Positions 34,446-44,606 of a stretch of DNA of 64,000 nucleotides are shown piece by piece (position 1 is the first letter of the stretch; every line of letters starts with the position of its first letter). The translations under genes were made by a program, and so were the position numbers. A model generated the notes under the pieces. It searched no databases. It worked only from the letters and a program-made list of their open reading frames with translations, and was not told the origin of the DNA. Source of the DNA: Candidatus Omnitrophota bacterium (GTDB lineage: Bacteria > Omnitrophota > Gorgyraeia > Zapsychrales > Fredricksoniimonadaceae); NCBI GenBank assembly GCA_028870995.1, contig JAGWOI010000012.1, forward strand, positions 1,501 to 65,500, in the 5' to 3' direction.

Positions 34446-35306
34446 TTAAGCGCGCGGGTGGGCCTTATCGTAAATTCTTTTGAGCTTGTCCGTGGTCAGG
34501 TGGGTGTAGATCTGTGTCGTGGAAAGGTTCACATGCCCTAAAAGCTCCTGCACACTGCGCAGGTCGGCCCCATGGTCCAAGAGATGGGTGGCAAAGGAAT
34601 GGCGGAACATGTGCGGCGTGACATGCTGGGCCGCGGCCTGTTCGAGGATGTATTTATTGATGATATTGCGCACACTGCGGTCAGTCAAGGGGGTGCCGTT
34701 CTTGTTGAGAAAAACAGCCTGGGCTTTGACCTTGCGTTTGTCCAAATAGTCCTTTAGAGCATACAACGCCTTATCGCCGATGGGCACGATGCGCTCCTTC
34801 TTGCCCTTGCCCATGACCTTGATGACGTTGCTGATAAAATCCACGTCGTCCGTCTTGAGGCCCACCAGCTCACTCACCCGGATGCCTGTTGAATAAAGCA
34901 CCTCGAAAATGGCCCTGTCCCGGAAAGAACTAATTTTGTCGCTGCGGGGCGCCTCGAGGATCTTAACGGTCTCCTCCTCCGTCATAAAATGCGGCAGGGG
35001 CTTGTCGAGCTTTGGGGTCACTAAAAGCTTGGCCGGGTTGGAAGACAGCACGCCTTCCCGTTGAAGAAATTTAAAAAATGAACGCAGGGCCGAAAGCTTG
35101 CGGCTGACGCTGCGCGGCTTTAAATTCCGCGCCTTAAGCAGGGCTAAAAACCGCCGCAGGTCGGGATACCCCGCCTTCTTGACAGGGGTATTGCCCAAAA
35201 ATGCGGCGAATTCCTGAAGATCGATCCGGTAATTAAGCGTGGTATGGCTGGAATAATTCTTTTCGACTTCTAGGTAGGTGAAAAATTTATCCAGATATTC
35301 GATCAT
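34446..35306 (-). CDS. xerC: tyrosine recombinase XerC/XerD
   Basis: 286 aa. N-terminal SAM-like domain; C-terminal catalytic residues (R..HxxR..Y in HMFRHSFATHLL...LGHVNLSTTQIYTH). The smf-topA-xerC gene order supports the call. Confidence 0.8.
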   Translation of the reverse strand: MIEYLDKFFTYLEVEKNYSSHTTLNYRIDLQEFAAFLGNTPVKKAGYPDLRRFLALLKARNLKPRSVSRKLSALRSFFKFLQREGVLSSNPAKLLVTPKLDKPLPHFMTEEETVKILEAPRSDKISSFRDRAIFEVLYSTGIRVSELVGLKTDDVDFISNVIKVMGKGKKERIVPIGDKALYALKDYLDKRKVKAQAVFLNKNGTPLTDRSVRNIINKYILEQAAAQHVTPHMFRHSFATHLLDHGADLRSVQELLGHVNLSTTQIYTHLTTDKLKRIYDKAHPRA

Positions 35307-37264
35307 GGATTGGCAGCCGGAAGCTTATTGGCAATGAACTTGCATTCTGGGTAACGGCTGCACCCGTAGAAAACCGCACCGCGGTGCGAACGGCGTTCGA
35401 CCAATTCCCCGGTACAGCCGGGCGAAGGGCATTTGACTCCGGTGGTAAAAGGTTCCGCATGTTTGCAGGCAGGGAAACCCGTACAACTGATAAAACGGCC
35501 ACGGCGTCCCCACTTGACCGCCAGGGGCTTGCCGCATTCAGGGCAATTTTTATCAATGAAGGTTTGTGTCTTTTGGATATTGGCTTGGGCAAAATCGAGG
35601 TCTTCCTTAAAAGGACCCCAAAAGTCACCCAGGACCTTGGCATACGCGTTGACCCCTTCTTCAATGGAATCCAGTTCCTCTTCCATCGTCGCGGTAAAAC
35701 CGATATCCATGATCTTCTTAAAATATTCCATGAGCAAATGACAGATCTTGATCCCCAATTCCGTGGCAGTGAAGTAACCGCGCTCGCGCACCACATAATT
35801 ACGGTAAACCAGGGTCTGGATGATGGAAGCATAGGTGGATGGCCGGCCGATCCCCTGTTCTTCCAGGGCCTTGACCAGGCTCGCTTCCGAATACCTCGCC
35901 GGAGGTTTGGTGAAATGCTGGGTCGGTTTAACCTCCAGCAAGTCAAGCGCATCTCCTTCGGCATACAGGGAAGGATCCAATTTAATGTCCTGGTCCTCAT
36001 TGTCCCTGTACATGGTCAAATAACCGGGAAACGCCAGGATCGACCCCGAAGCCCCAAATTGAAACCGCCCGGCTGCGATCTCGATCTTGGTCTGCTCGAA
36101 AACAGCAGGCATCATCTGGCAGCTGATAAATCTCTTCCAGATAAGGTCATATAAGCGGTATTGATCATCGGTCAGGTACTGTTTAAGGCTCTCCGGTTTT
36201 CGGGAAATCACGCTGGGACGGATGGCCTCATGGGCTTCCTGGGCACTTTTCTTGGATTTGAATTTATTGGGCTGCTCAGGCAGGTATGGGGCGCCGTGGT
36301 CCTTTTTGATCAACTCCCTGACCTTCTCAATGGCCTCGGCCGCGATATTGACGGAATCCGTACGCATATAGGTAATAAGCCCTTCAGGCTCTTCTTCGCC
36401 GATGGCGATACCTTCGTACAACTCCTGGGCAATGGACATGGTTTTTGAGGTATTGAAACCTAATTTGCTGAAAGCCTCCTGCTGCAGGGTGCTGGTGATG
36501 AACGGGGCCGGCGCATTGCGCTTGACCTGTTTGGTGTTGATGGCGGAGATCTTAAAGGGGGACTTTCTGATCTCATCGACAATGCTTTCAGTCTGCGGCT
36601 GGTTCTTGAGGTCTATTTTCTCCCCATCGATCTTTTCCAAATTAGCCGTCAAGATGTCTTTAACGCCCTTCTTTTGCAGGTCAACGGCGATCTGCCAATA
36701 TTCCTGGGGCACAAAACTTTTGATAGCCTCTTCACGCTCCACTATGAGGCGCAGGGCAACGGACTGCACGCGCCCGGCGCTCAAGCGGGAGCCGACCTTC
36801 TCCCACAACAAGGGGCTGATCTGATAACCCACCATGCGGTCTAAAACACGGCGGGCGTTCTGGGCGTCGACTAGCTTCCGGTTAAATTCGCGGGGGTGCT
36901 CAAAAGCCTTCTTGACCGCCTCACGGGTGATCTCATGGAAAACCACCCTCTGGACCTTCTTGCCCTTGGCGATGTGTTCGATCAGGTTCCAGCCGATGGC
37001 TTCCCCTTCACGGTCAGGGTCGGTGGCGATATAAATTTCCTCGACCTCTTTGGCTTCCTTTTTTAATTTGGCCATGGTCTTTTGCTTGTCACGCACAACG
37101 ATAAACCTGGCCTCAAAATCCTTGTCCACGTCCACGCCAAGCGTGGACTTGGGCAGATCGATCAAGTGCCCCATGGAAGCGGTGACCTTGTATTTGGATC
37201 CTAAAATTTTATTGATCGTCTTGACCTTAGCCGGCGATTCGACGATGACTAATGCTTTTGACAT
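35303..37264 (-). CDS. topA: DNA topoisomerase I
   Basis: 653 aa. TOPRIM region (LVIVESPAKVKTI...ATDPDREGEAIGW), the catalytic Tyr region, and C-terminal zinc ribbons (CPECGKP...CTGFPAC). Confidence 0.9.
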   Translation of the reverse strand: MSKALVIVESPAKVKTINKILGSKYKVTASMGHLIDLPKSTLGVDVDKDFEARFIVVRDKQKTMAKLKKEAKEVEEIYIATDPDREGEAIGWNLIEHIAKGKKVQRVVFHEITREAVKKAFEHPREFNRKLVDAQNARRVLDRMVGYQISPLLWEKVGSRLSAGRVQSVALRLIVEREEAIKSFVPQEYWQIAVDLQKKGVKDILTANLEKIDGEKIDLKNQPQTESIVDEIRKSPFKISAINTKQVKRNAPAPFITSTLQQEAFSKLGFNTSKTMSIAQELYEGIAIGEEEPEGLITYMRTDSVNIAAEAIEKVRELIKKDHGAPYLPEQPNKFKSKKSAQEAHEAIRPSVISRKPESLKQYLTDDQYRLYDLIWKRFISCQMMPAVFEQTKIEIAAGRFQFGASGSILAFPGYLTMYRDNEDQDIKLDPSLYAEGDALDLLEVKPTQHFTKPPARYSEASLVKALEEQGIGRPSTYASIIQTLVYRNYVVRERGYFTATELGIKICHLLMEYFKKIMDIGFTATMEEELDSIEEGVNAYAKVLGDFWGPFKEDLDFAQANIQKTQTFIDKNCPECGKPLAVKWGRRGRFISCTGFPACKHAEPFTTGVKCPSPGCTGELVERRSHRGAVFYGCSRYPECKFIANKLPAANP

Positions 37265-37267
37265 GAT

Positions 37268-38353
37268 CTATTTCCTAACGTAATATTGACCGGGCAGCTG
37301 CCTGATCAGATGCTTTAATTCAAGACTTAAAGCAATATTGATAAGACGGCTGATATCAAATCCTGTTTCCTGGACCAGCTCATCTAAATGCACCGGCGCA
37401 GAGCCGATGCAGGGATAAACTCTGGATTGCTCATCACTGAGCAGGACAACCTTCTGGTCCTGCCCCCCGGAGAATGGCCTGTGCTCTCCCATAATGCGCG
37501 CCAGCACATCATCGGGAGTCAGCGCCATACAGGCTCCGTCGCGGATCAACTGGTTGCTGCCCAGGCCATGCTCATTATCGATATTCGACGGCAAAACAAA
37601 CACATCCTTGTGTTGCGCCTGCGCATAATCGGCGGTGATCAACGCTCCGCTTCTAAGCCCCGCTTCGATGACTACCGTGGCACGGGACAGGCCGCTGATG
37701 ATGCGGTTACGCCACGGGAAATTATGCTTCAACGGCGGCATCGAAAAAGCAAACTCTGAAACAACGCACCCCTGGGAACTGATCCTTTCCATAAGAGGAA
37801 TGTTTTCCTTAGGGTACATATGGTTAAATCCGCAGCCGATGACAGCCACGGTGGTACCGTCCGCCTCCAAGGCACCCTGATGGGAGGCGGTATCAATGCC
37901 GCGCGCCAGGCCGGAGACAACCGTCAGGCCGGCTTCGACAAAGGTCCGGGCAAAAAATTTAGCCGATCGGCAGCCGTAAAAACTGGCCGCCCTCGAACCA
38001 ACCAGGGCCACGGACGGCTGGTGCAAGACCTCCATGCGCCCTTTAAGATAGAGCACCACCGGCGCATCATCAAAACCATTCAAAGAACCGGGAAAGTTCT
38101 CTTCAACTGCCGTAAGAGCAACAATTCCTTTGCGTTGCATCAGATTATATTCGTCTTGCAGGAATTTGTCTTTAGAAAAATTTAATATGTTTGTAACAAG
38201 CTCTAATGAAAGCAATTTAGATAAGGCCAATTGCTCCCGGCCGGCCCCTAAAACCGCCTGAGCGCCGCCAAAGAGCGCCATCAGTTTGCGGATGCGCACA
38301 GCGCCCAGGTCAGGCACGGCGTTCAAGACCAGCAAAGCCTCCCGCTCTGTCAT
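37268..38353 (-). CDS. dprA: DNA processing protein DprA (Smf)
   Basis: 361 aa. VALVGSRAASFYG...VSGLARGIDTASHQGAL...VIEAGLRSGALITA. Confidence 0.85.
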   Translation of the reverse strand: MTEREALLVLNAVPDLGAVRIRKLMALFGGAQAVLGAGREQLALSKLLSLELVTNILNFSKDKFLQDEYNLMQRKGIVALTAVEENFPGSLNGFDDAPVVLYLKGRMEVLHQPSVALVGSRAASFYGCRSAKFFARTFVEAGLTVVSGLARGIDTASHQGALEADGTTVAVIGCGFNHMYPKENIPLMERISSQGCVVSEFAFSMPPLKHNFPWRNRIISGLSRATVVIEAGLRSGALITADYAQAQHKDVFVLPSNIDNEHGLGSNQLIRDGACMALTPDDVLARIMGEHRPFSGGQDQKVVLLSDEQSRVYPCIGSAPVHLDELVQETGFDISRLINIALSLELKHLIRQLPGQYYVRK

Positions 38354-38381
38354 AATTCCTCCTCAGGGATAAGGGACAATA

Positions 38382-38888
38382 TTATCCCTTATACTTTTTG
38401 ATGATTTCGGCAACCGGGCCTTCGATGGAGGCGTCATTGGCATCAATGACGAAGTCAGCCTGGTTGTACAGGGGGAGTCGTTGATTGTATAACTCTTTAA
38501 TGCACCCGAGGGGGTCGGGGCCTTTCAACAAGGGCCGGTGGCCCTCATGTTTCACGCGCTCATAAATGACTTCAGGGGCGGCCTGCAGATAAAATACGAT
38601 ACCATTGCTCTTGAGGTTTGCCAAGTTTTCTTTGCGTAAGACCACCCCTCCGCCGCAATCGATGATGATGCCGCGGCGCTGGGATATTTCTTCAATGACT
38701 TTCTGTTCGAGGTCACGGAAATAAGCCTCGCCCTTGGTTTTAAAAATATCGAGGATGCGCCGGCCTTCTTTGGCTTCGATAAGTTCGTCGGCAGCCACCA
38801 CCTCCAGGCCGAGGCGACGTCCCAGTTCACAGGCGATCATGGATTTTCCGGAACCCATAAATCCGATTAAACAAATATTCTTTTCCAT
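38382..38888 (-). CDS. aroK: shikimate kinase
   Basis: 168 aa. Walker A motif ICLIGFMGSGKS and overall AroK layout. Confidence 0.85.
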   Translation of the reverse strand: MEKNICLIGFMGSGKSMIACELGRRLGLEVVAADELIEAKEGRRILDIFKTKGEAYFRDLEQKVIEEISQRRGIIIDCGGGVVLRKENLANLKSNGIVFYLQAAPEVIYERVKHEGHRPLLKGPDPLGCIKELYNQRLPLYNQADFVIDANDASIEGPVAEIIKKYKG

Positions 38889-38894
38889 GGCAAT

Positions 38895-39584
38895 TTATCC
38901 TCGCGGCTGAAGGCCTGGATATAATTGGGAGGTCGGGTCCGACTGCCAATATTGCTTGCTTTGCACATCCATGACACTCAATCGCCCTCCCCATCCGGCT
39001 CCGGTATCCAAGTCCCAAACATTGCACAATTTTAATGGTTTTGTCGAACCCAAATGGGTGACAGGAGTATGGCCTATATAGATCTCTTTAAAGCCGCCGA
39101 ATAGATGATCCGGATTGGTCCGGCTCATACCCGAAGCATACTCGATCAGGGTTCTGTCCCAGGCCAGTTCTTGCTCTGGCTGGGATTGGATCGGCCGCCG
39201 GTGATCGAACCCTCCGTGCACAAAGATCCTGTCCTCACAAGCAAACCAAAAAGAGGCGGTCCTTAAGAAATCGACATGAGGCTTAGGCATGGGATTACCG
39301 CCGTAAGAGGCGATGGTCCCTTTACCGCCCTGGGAGAGCCAGACATCTTCCTTCCACCCAGTTTGCGCCCATTTCAAGGCCCACAGGTCATGATTGCCCA
39401 AGATATACCGGCAATGCTTGACCCCTAGAAGAGCGTCGATACAGGCATTGACATGCGGGTAGCCGTCGCATACATCACCCAGGACGATCAAAAGATCCCT
39501 GGCGGCATCAAAACCGCACCGCTCGAAACACTGAAGCATGGCTTTATAGGCGCCATGGATATCACCCATCACCAGGGTCTTCAT
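38895..39584 (-). CDS. calcineurin-like metallophosphoesterase (Ser/Thr phosphatase / ApaH-like)
   Basis: 229 aa. MGDIHG...VLGDVCDGYP...GNHD...VHGG are the metallophosphatase motifs. Confidence 0.7.
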   Translation of the reverse strand: MKTLVMGDIHGAYKAMLQCFERCGFDAARDLLIVLGDVCDGYPHVNACIDALLGVKHCRYILGNHDLWALKWAQTGWKEDVWLSQGGKGTIASYGGNPMPKPHVDFLRTASFWFACEDRIFVHGGFDHRRPIQSQPEQELAWDRTLIEYASGMSRTNPDHLFGGFKEIYIGHTPVTHLGSTKPLKLCNVWDLDTGAGWGGRLSVMDVQSKQYWQSDPTSQLYPGLQPRG

Positions 39585-39587
39585 GGC

Positions 39588-39914
39588 TCACTTGATCAAA
39601 GAAACCGTAAATATTAAATTTCTTTTGCTGATATGGTATTTGATGCCGACCAAACCGTGGTATCCTGCTTCTTCATAAATTTTGCTTAATTGCTGCAAGA
39701 CAGCGTCCACATCACCAGTGGATAGACGCTTGTTGCGGTATGGCCTGAAAAGCCTGGTAAATTGTGCCCTGTCATCAAGGACAAAGCCCTGAATAGAAAT
39801 ACTGCGGATCAAGACGCGCTGGGACGGTGCCGCTGCAGCCTGCGCCGGCATGGTCTCCTGAGCCAGGACCGGCACTGCTGTAAACAGCAAAAACGATAAA
39901 AGGATAAAGCGCAT
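39588..39914 (-). CDS. standalone secreted POTRA-like domain protein (108 aa)
   Basis: Signal peptide (MRFILLSFLLFTAVPVLAQE), then VLIRSISIQGFVLDDRAQFTRLFRPYRNKRLSTGDVDAVLQQLSKIYEEAGYHGLVGIKY...LIFTV. This matches the beta-alpha-alpha-beta-beta POTRA pattern seen in TpsB/BamA/FtsQ. Confidence 0.45.
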   Translation of the reverse strand: MRFILLSFLLFTAVPVLAQETMPAQAAAAPSQRVLIRSISIQGFVLDDRAQFTRLFRPYRNKRLSTGDVDAVLQQLSKIYEEAGYHGLVGIKYHISKRNLIFTVSLIK

Positions 39915-39917
39915 ATG

Positions 39918-40319
39918 TCATTCCCCTCCGGTGCTGTCTGCCGTTGAATTATCCTGCTCTTGCTGGGTCTGTGAAACCCCCTGACTGGTCACCTTCAATT
40001 CCTTGGCATTCACGCCGCCAAGAGCACAAAACAACTCAACCTTGATCACATCGCCCACCTTGGCAGGCAAGGCCACATCGTCACTGAACTTATCATAGGC
40101 GTCCTGACGGAAAAAATTAGAGGTCGAAATCAACTTGCCGTTGACGTAAACATTCATCAGGCGTATATACATCTTTTGCAGGTTAAAGGACTGGTGATGC
40201 GCCTCCACATGCAAATTTTTATGCCCCATGTCGTAAGACAAGCTGATATCCGTGGGGGCATGGGCCCAAGCGATGGAAGCAGGCAAAAAACATATACACA
40301 ACAAGACAAATTTCTTCAT
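39918..40319 (-). CDS. small secreted hypothetical protein (133 aa)
   Basis: MKKFVLLCICFLPASIAWAHAPTDISLSYDMGHKNLHVEAHH... The ATG at 40319 overlaps the prepilin peptidase stop as ATGA. The upstream Arg/Gly-rich extension in the ORF track is rejected. Confidence 0.45.
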   Translation of the reverse strand: MKKFVLLCICFLPASIAWAHAPTDISLSYDMGHKNLHVEAHHQSFNLQKMYIRLMNVYVNGKLISTSNFFRQDAYDKFSDDVALPAKVGDVIKVELFCALGGVNAKELKVTSQGVSQTQQEQDNSTADSTGGE

Positions 40320-41122
40320 AAGTGATAAATGCCCCCGGTCACCACGTAGTTGATGATCAGGTCGCCCCAAAATAGACTGGCCAACGCAGCGAGGATAATA
40401 AAAGGGCCGTAGGCGATGGCGCTGTCCTTGGTGCGGATCTTTTCCACGATACCGTAAACCGCGCCGAAAAAAGGCGCCAGGAAAAAGGTCAGCAGCGCCA
40501 GCTTCCAGCCCATGAAGGCGCCGATCATCGCCATCAATTTCACGTCCCCGCCGCCCATGGTCTCCTTTTTGAAAACAAAATCGCCGATCATCCCCATAAG
40601 ATAAATGATCCCCCCGCCCACCAAAATCCCAAGCAGGGACAGGCCCAGGCCCCAAAAAGGCGAAGTCACCCCATGCAATTGGGGGACGATCAGGCTGAAA
40701 ACCAGGCCGGCGATCATCCCGCCGACGGAAACCTCGTCGGGAATGATACGGTGCTCAAAATCCACGAAAGTAGCCACGATAAAACCGCTGACCATGACCA
40801 GATACGGCCACAACACCGGCCGCATCCCGTAATAAGTCCAAAAAAGAAAGAACACCACCCCTGTTAAAAGCTCAACGAACAAATAACGAAAGGATATTTT
40901 GGCCTTGCACGCGCGGCAGCGGCCGCCTAAGACAAGCCAGCTGACCAGGGGGATATTATCGTACCAGGCGATCGGAGCCTTGCAGGAAACGCAATGAGAT
41001 CCCGGGAAAACCACGGATTTCTCATGAGGAAGGCGCACGATGCACACGTTAAGAAAACTGCCGACCATCGTCCCCATAATAAAAACAAAGAAACCAAAGA
41101 CATTATTAAGATCCATGAACAC
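40316..41122 (-). CDS. pilD: type IV prepilin leader peptidase (A24 family)
   Basis: 268 aa. N-terminal Cys-rich zinc motif (CVSCKAPIAWYDNIPLVSWLVLGGRCRACK), the catalytic Asp regions (IIPDEVSV...GGGDVKLMA), and a polytopic membrane layout. Confidence 0.8.
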   Translation of the reverse strand: MFMDLNNVFGFFVFIMGTMVGSFLNVCIVRLPHEKSVVFPGSHCVSCKAPIAWYDNIPLVSWLVLGGRCRACKAKISFRYLFVELLTGVVFFLFWTYYGMRPVLWPYLVMVSGFIVATFVDFEHRIIPDEVSVGGMIAGLVFSLIVPQLHGVTSPFWGLGLSLLGILVGGGIIYLMGMIGDFVFKKETMGGGDVKLMAMIGAFMGWKLALLTFFLAPFFGAVYGIVEKIRTKDSAIAYGPFIILAALASLFWGDLIINYVVTGGIYHL

Positions 41123-41984
41123 TTGCCACCTCCAGAGATTTTCTCATGATTTTTTTGGTCTTTTCATCAAGTTCCATATCCGCCCAATGTCCGAAGGCCA
41201 GGGCCCCCTGATAAAAAAGCATGCCCAACCCGTTGGAGACCTGCGCCCCTTTCCGGCGGGCCTGGGCCAAAAGCTCAGTCTCTGCGGGATTATAAATGAC
41301 GTCATAAACCAGCATGTCCTTATGCAAGGCCTCGGGGTCGACTAAAATATCATCGGCATTTCTTAATCCCACACTGGTGGTGTTGATCAAAATGTCTGCC
41401 AATTCGACATTCAAATCCTCGACCTCATCGACAACTTCCACCCTGTCCACGGCAATTTTCTGACCGATGTCTTTGAGCAGGATATCGGCATTACACCGGG
41501 TGCGGTTATAAAGGGCAATGCGCTCCGGGCCTTGCGGCAGCAGGCACAGGACGCTGATGATGGCACGCGCCGTCCCGCCCGCACCCAGCAGGGCCACCCG
41601 TTTGTCCTTAAGGTCACATTTCAATTCCGCCAGGTGACTGATAAAGCCAGGACCGTCAGTGTTGAACCCGCGGATCTTGCGCTGATGGTCAATGACAAGA
41701 GTGTTGACCGCGCCGATCTTGTCAGCCAAAGGATCAACGCTGTCCAGAAAGGCAAGCACATCTTCCTTGTAAGGCACGGTCACATTAAGGCCGAAAATGG
41801 GATTGTCCTCCTCCTTGAGGTCTTCCATAAAGAGCTTAAGCTCCTGCGTATCCTCCAGAGGGAACAACTTGTAAACCGCATTGACCTTCAAGGCCTTAAA
41901 AGCAGCGTTATGCATGACCGGCGAAAGGCTATGAGAAACCGGATTACCGATGATCCCATAGATGGCCGGCGGTTCATAATTCAT
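41106..41984 (-). CDS. aroE: shikimate dehydrogenase
   Basis: 292 aa. YGIIGNPVSHSLSPVMHNAAF...LNVTVPYK...GAGGTARA. Confidence 0.85.
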   Translation of the reverse strand: MNYEPPAIYGIIGNPVSHSLSPVMHNAAFKALKVNAVYKLFPLEDTQELKLFMEDLKEEDNPIFGLNVTVPYKEDVLAFLDSVDPLADKIGAVNTLVIDHQRKIRGFNTDGPGFISHLAELKCDLKDKRVALLGAGGTARAIISVLCLLPQGPERIALYNRTRCNADILLKDIGQKIAVDRVEVVDEVEDLNVELADILINTTSVGLRNADDILVDPEALHKDMLVYDVIYNPAETELLAQARRKGAQVSNGLGMLFYQGALAFGHWADMELDEKTKKIMRKSLEVASVHGS

Positions 41985-43507
41985 GGCTTTAATCTTTGCT
42001 GGGCGACGAATTTATTGATCGCATTTATATAAGCTTTGGCAGACGCCTCGATGATGTCCGTACTGGCTGCGCGGCCGATCACGGTCTCGCCTTCAAAGGC
42101 CACCTTAACCGTCACTTCGCCCAAAGCGTCCTTGCCCTGAGTGACGGATTTGATGCCGTAATCCAACAAGTTGGCCTTCAATTTGGTCAGGGATTCAATG
42201 GCCTTATAGCAGGCATCCACAGGACCATCACCGGTGGACTTTTGGGCATACTTTTTCCCCTTATATAAAACAGTAACCACCACTTCAGGAGATATATTTG
42301 TCCCGCTGGTTGATATCAAATCCACTAACGTGTAAGCGACACTTGTTTGGTGGCCCTCATCCTCCACAATAGCCGCCAAGTCTTCATCATAAATTTCCTT
42401 TTTCTTGTCCGCCAGGTGTTTAAAACGGGCAAAAGCCTTGTCCAAATCAACTTCAGACAGCTCGATCCCCAACCCTTTTAAACGGTCCTTGAAGGCATGA
42501 CGGCCGGAATGCTTGCCCAGAACCAGACCTTCGGTCGCCGGCACGCCCACATCTTCAGGGTTCATGATCTCGTAGGTGCGCCGCTCTTTCAACACACCGT
42601 CCTGATGGATGCCGGATTCATGACGGAAGGCATTGGCCCCCACGATCGCCTTATTGGGCGGCACAATAAATCCAGTGGCTTTGGAGACCATGCGGGAGAT
42701 CCGGTAAAATTCTTTTGCATTGATCCCGGTCGTCAAATGATACAAATCGGAACGGGTCCTGATGGCCATGACAATCTCTTCCATGGAGGCATTGCCCGCC
42801 CGTTCGCCGATGCCGTTGATGGTGCATTCCACCTGACGGGCGCCGTTGCTAACCCCGGCCAGAGAATTGGCCACCGCCAACCCCAAATCATCATGACAAT
42901 GGGTGGAAACCACCGCCTTGTTGATATTAGGCACACTATTGCAAATACCTTGGATAACCGAACCGTATTCTTCCGGAGCGCTGTAGCCTACGGTATCTGG
43001 AATATTGACCGTCGTGGCACCGGCTTTAATGACCTCTTCCAGGATGCGGTACAAAAACGCCTTTTCCGTGCGCGAGGCATCTTCAGGGGAGAATTCGATA
43101 TTGTCCATCCGTTTGCGGGCGTATTTGACAGCCTCGACCGCCATGGCCACGATCTCATCCTGGCTCTTTTTCAATTTATAGTCCAGGTGTATCTTGGAGG
43201 TGGCCAAAAAGATATGGACCCGCTTGTGCTTGGCCGGCTTGACAGCCTCGATGACTGCGTCGATGTCCTTGACCATGCAGCGGGCCAGGCCGCAGACACA
43301 GGACTCTTTGATATGTCGCGCCACATTCTGGACGGAGGCAAAATCCCCCGGCGAAGAAACCGGAAAACCGGCTTCAATGATATCCACCCCCAAACGCTCC
43401 AAAGACAAGGCGATTTCCAGCTTATCTTCCGGACTCATGGTGGCCCCGGGCGCCTGCTCCCCGTCGCGCAGGGTGGTATCAAAAATAGTAACCTTTTCGT
43501 TTTTCAT
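41981..43507 (-). CDS. leuA: 2-isopropylmalate synthase (LeuA family; citramalate synthase cannot be excluded)
   Basis: 508 aa. IFDTTLRDGEQAPGA...HCHDDLGLAVANSLAGV and the C-terminal regulatory domain. Confidence 0.8.
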   Translation of the reverse strand: MKNEKVTIFDTTLRDGEQAPGATMSPEDKLEIALSLERLGVDIIEAGFPVSSPGDFASVQNVARHIKESCVCGLARCMVKDIDAVIEAVKPAKHKRVHIFLATSKIHLDYKLKKSQDEIVAMAVEAVKYARKRMDNIEFSPEDASRTEKAFLYRILEEVIKAGATTVNIPDTVGYSAPEEYGSVIQGICNSVPNINKAVVSTHCHDDLGLAVANSLAGVSNGARQVECTINGIGERAGNASMEEIVMAIRTRSDLYHLTTGINAKEFYRISRMVSKATGFIVPPNKAIVGANAFRHESGIHQDGVLKERRTYEIMNPEDVGVPATEGLVLGKHSGRHAFKDRLKGLGIELSEVDLDKAFARFKHLADKKKEIYDEDLAAIVEDEGHQTSVAYTLVDLISTSGTNISPEVVVTVLYKGKKYAQKSTGDGPVDACYKAIESLTKLKANLLDYGIKSVTQGKDALGEVTVKVAFEGETVIGRAASTDIIEASAKAYINAINKFVAQQRLKP

Positions 43508-43594
43508 AGGATAACCCTCAATTTAAAAATTAAGGGCGGCTGTTGAAGCCGCCCTTAGTATATACCAATTTTTTCAACGGTGTAATCAACAGTT

Positions 43595-44587
43595 TTACTT
43601 TTTCATCCAGCTCATCATGCCCCTAAGTCGTTTACCGACCTTTTCAACCGGATGCTTCTCGCCTTGCTGGCGCATCTTAAGGAAATTTTTACGGCCCTTT
43701 TTGTTCTCCTCCATCCATTCCTTGGCAAATTTGCCGGTCTGGATCTCTTTTAATATCTTTTTCATTTCCTGGCGGGTGCGGGCATTCACAATGCGTTTGC
43801 CGCGCGTCATGTCGCCGTATTCGGCGGTGTCGGAAACGCGTTTGCGCATGCCCTGGATACCGTCTTCATAGATCAAATCCACGATCAATTTCAATTCATG
43901 CAGGCATTCAAAATACGCAATTTCCGGTTGATACCCGGCAGCCGTCAGGGTCTCAAAACCGGCCTTGACCAGCTCACTGGCCCCGCCGCACAACACCGCC
44001 TGCTCACCGAAAAGATCCGTCTCGGTCTCTTCCTTGAAAGTCGTCTGAATTATCCCGGCGCGGGAACCGCCAATGCCCTTGGCATAAGCCAGCGCCACCT
44101 TCAAAGCCTTTCCCGTAGCGTTCTGGTGCACAGCCACCAGGCAAGGGACGCCACGGCCTTCCTCGTACTGCCGGCGGACCAGGGCCCCGGGACCTTTGGG
44201 TGCGATCATAAAGACATCCACATTTTTAGGCGGGACAATAAACTTAAAATGGATATTAAACCCATGGGAAAAAGCCAAGGCCTTGCCCTTTGTCAAATAC
44301 GGTTTGATGGAATTCTTATAAATATCCGCCTGCAAATGGTCCTGGGTCAGGATGATGATCACATCGGCTTTTTGAGCCGCCTCCTCAACGGAGACAGGAT
44401 TGAAACCATCCTCAAGGGCCTTATCATAGTTAGGACCGCCGGGACGCTGGGCCACGATGACCTTCAAGCCGCTGTCACGCAAATTCAACGCCTGGCCGCG
44501 GCCCTGGATTCCGTAACCCACCACGGCGATGGTTTTATTTTTAATGTCATTGATGTTGCAGTCTTTGTCGTAGAAGATCTTAGCCAT
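43595..44587 (-). CDS. ilvC: ketol-acid reductoisomerase
   Basis: Start taken at [12 protein letters not shown] (44587). [21 protein letters not shown] and the rest are IlvC-typical. Confidence 0.9.
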   Translation of the reverse strand: MAKIFYDKDCNINDIKNKTIAVVGYGIQGRGQALNLRDSGLKVIVAQRPGGPNYDKALEDGFNPVSVEEAAQKADVIIILTQDHLQADIYKNSIKPYLTKGKALAFSHGFNIHFKFIVPPKNVDVFMIAPKGPGALVRRQYEEGRGVPCLVAVHQNATGKALKVALAYAKGIGGSRAGIIQTTFKEETETDLFGEQAVLCGGASELVKAGFETLTAAGYQPEIAYFECLHELKLIVDLIYEDGIQGMRKRVSDTAEYGDMTRGKRIVNARTRQEMKKILKEIQTGKFAKEWMEENKKGRKNFLKMRQQGEKHPVEKVGKRLRGMMSWMKK

Positions 44588-44606
44588 TTTTTCCTTTTCC
44601 TGATAA

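Noticed and set aside
39918-40655. N-terminal Arg/Gly-rich 112-aa extension of the ORF-track entry 39918-40655
   Set aside because: The extension overlaps pilD in another frame and lacks an RBS. The real start is the ATG at 40319, which gives a clean signal peptide and the ATGA coupling to the pilD stop.
42497-43546. 349-aa plus-strand ORF antisense to leuA, plus similar long antisense ORFs (35384-36154 vs topA; 43898-44617 vs ilvC; 29656-30306 vs the GT4-GT9 gene)
   Set aside because: These are antisense of well-supported genes, an artefact of GC-skewed codon usage. Their products are Arg/Gly/His-rich and match no family.
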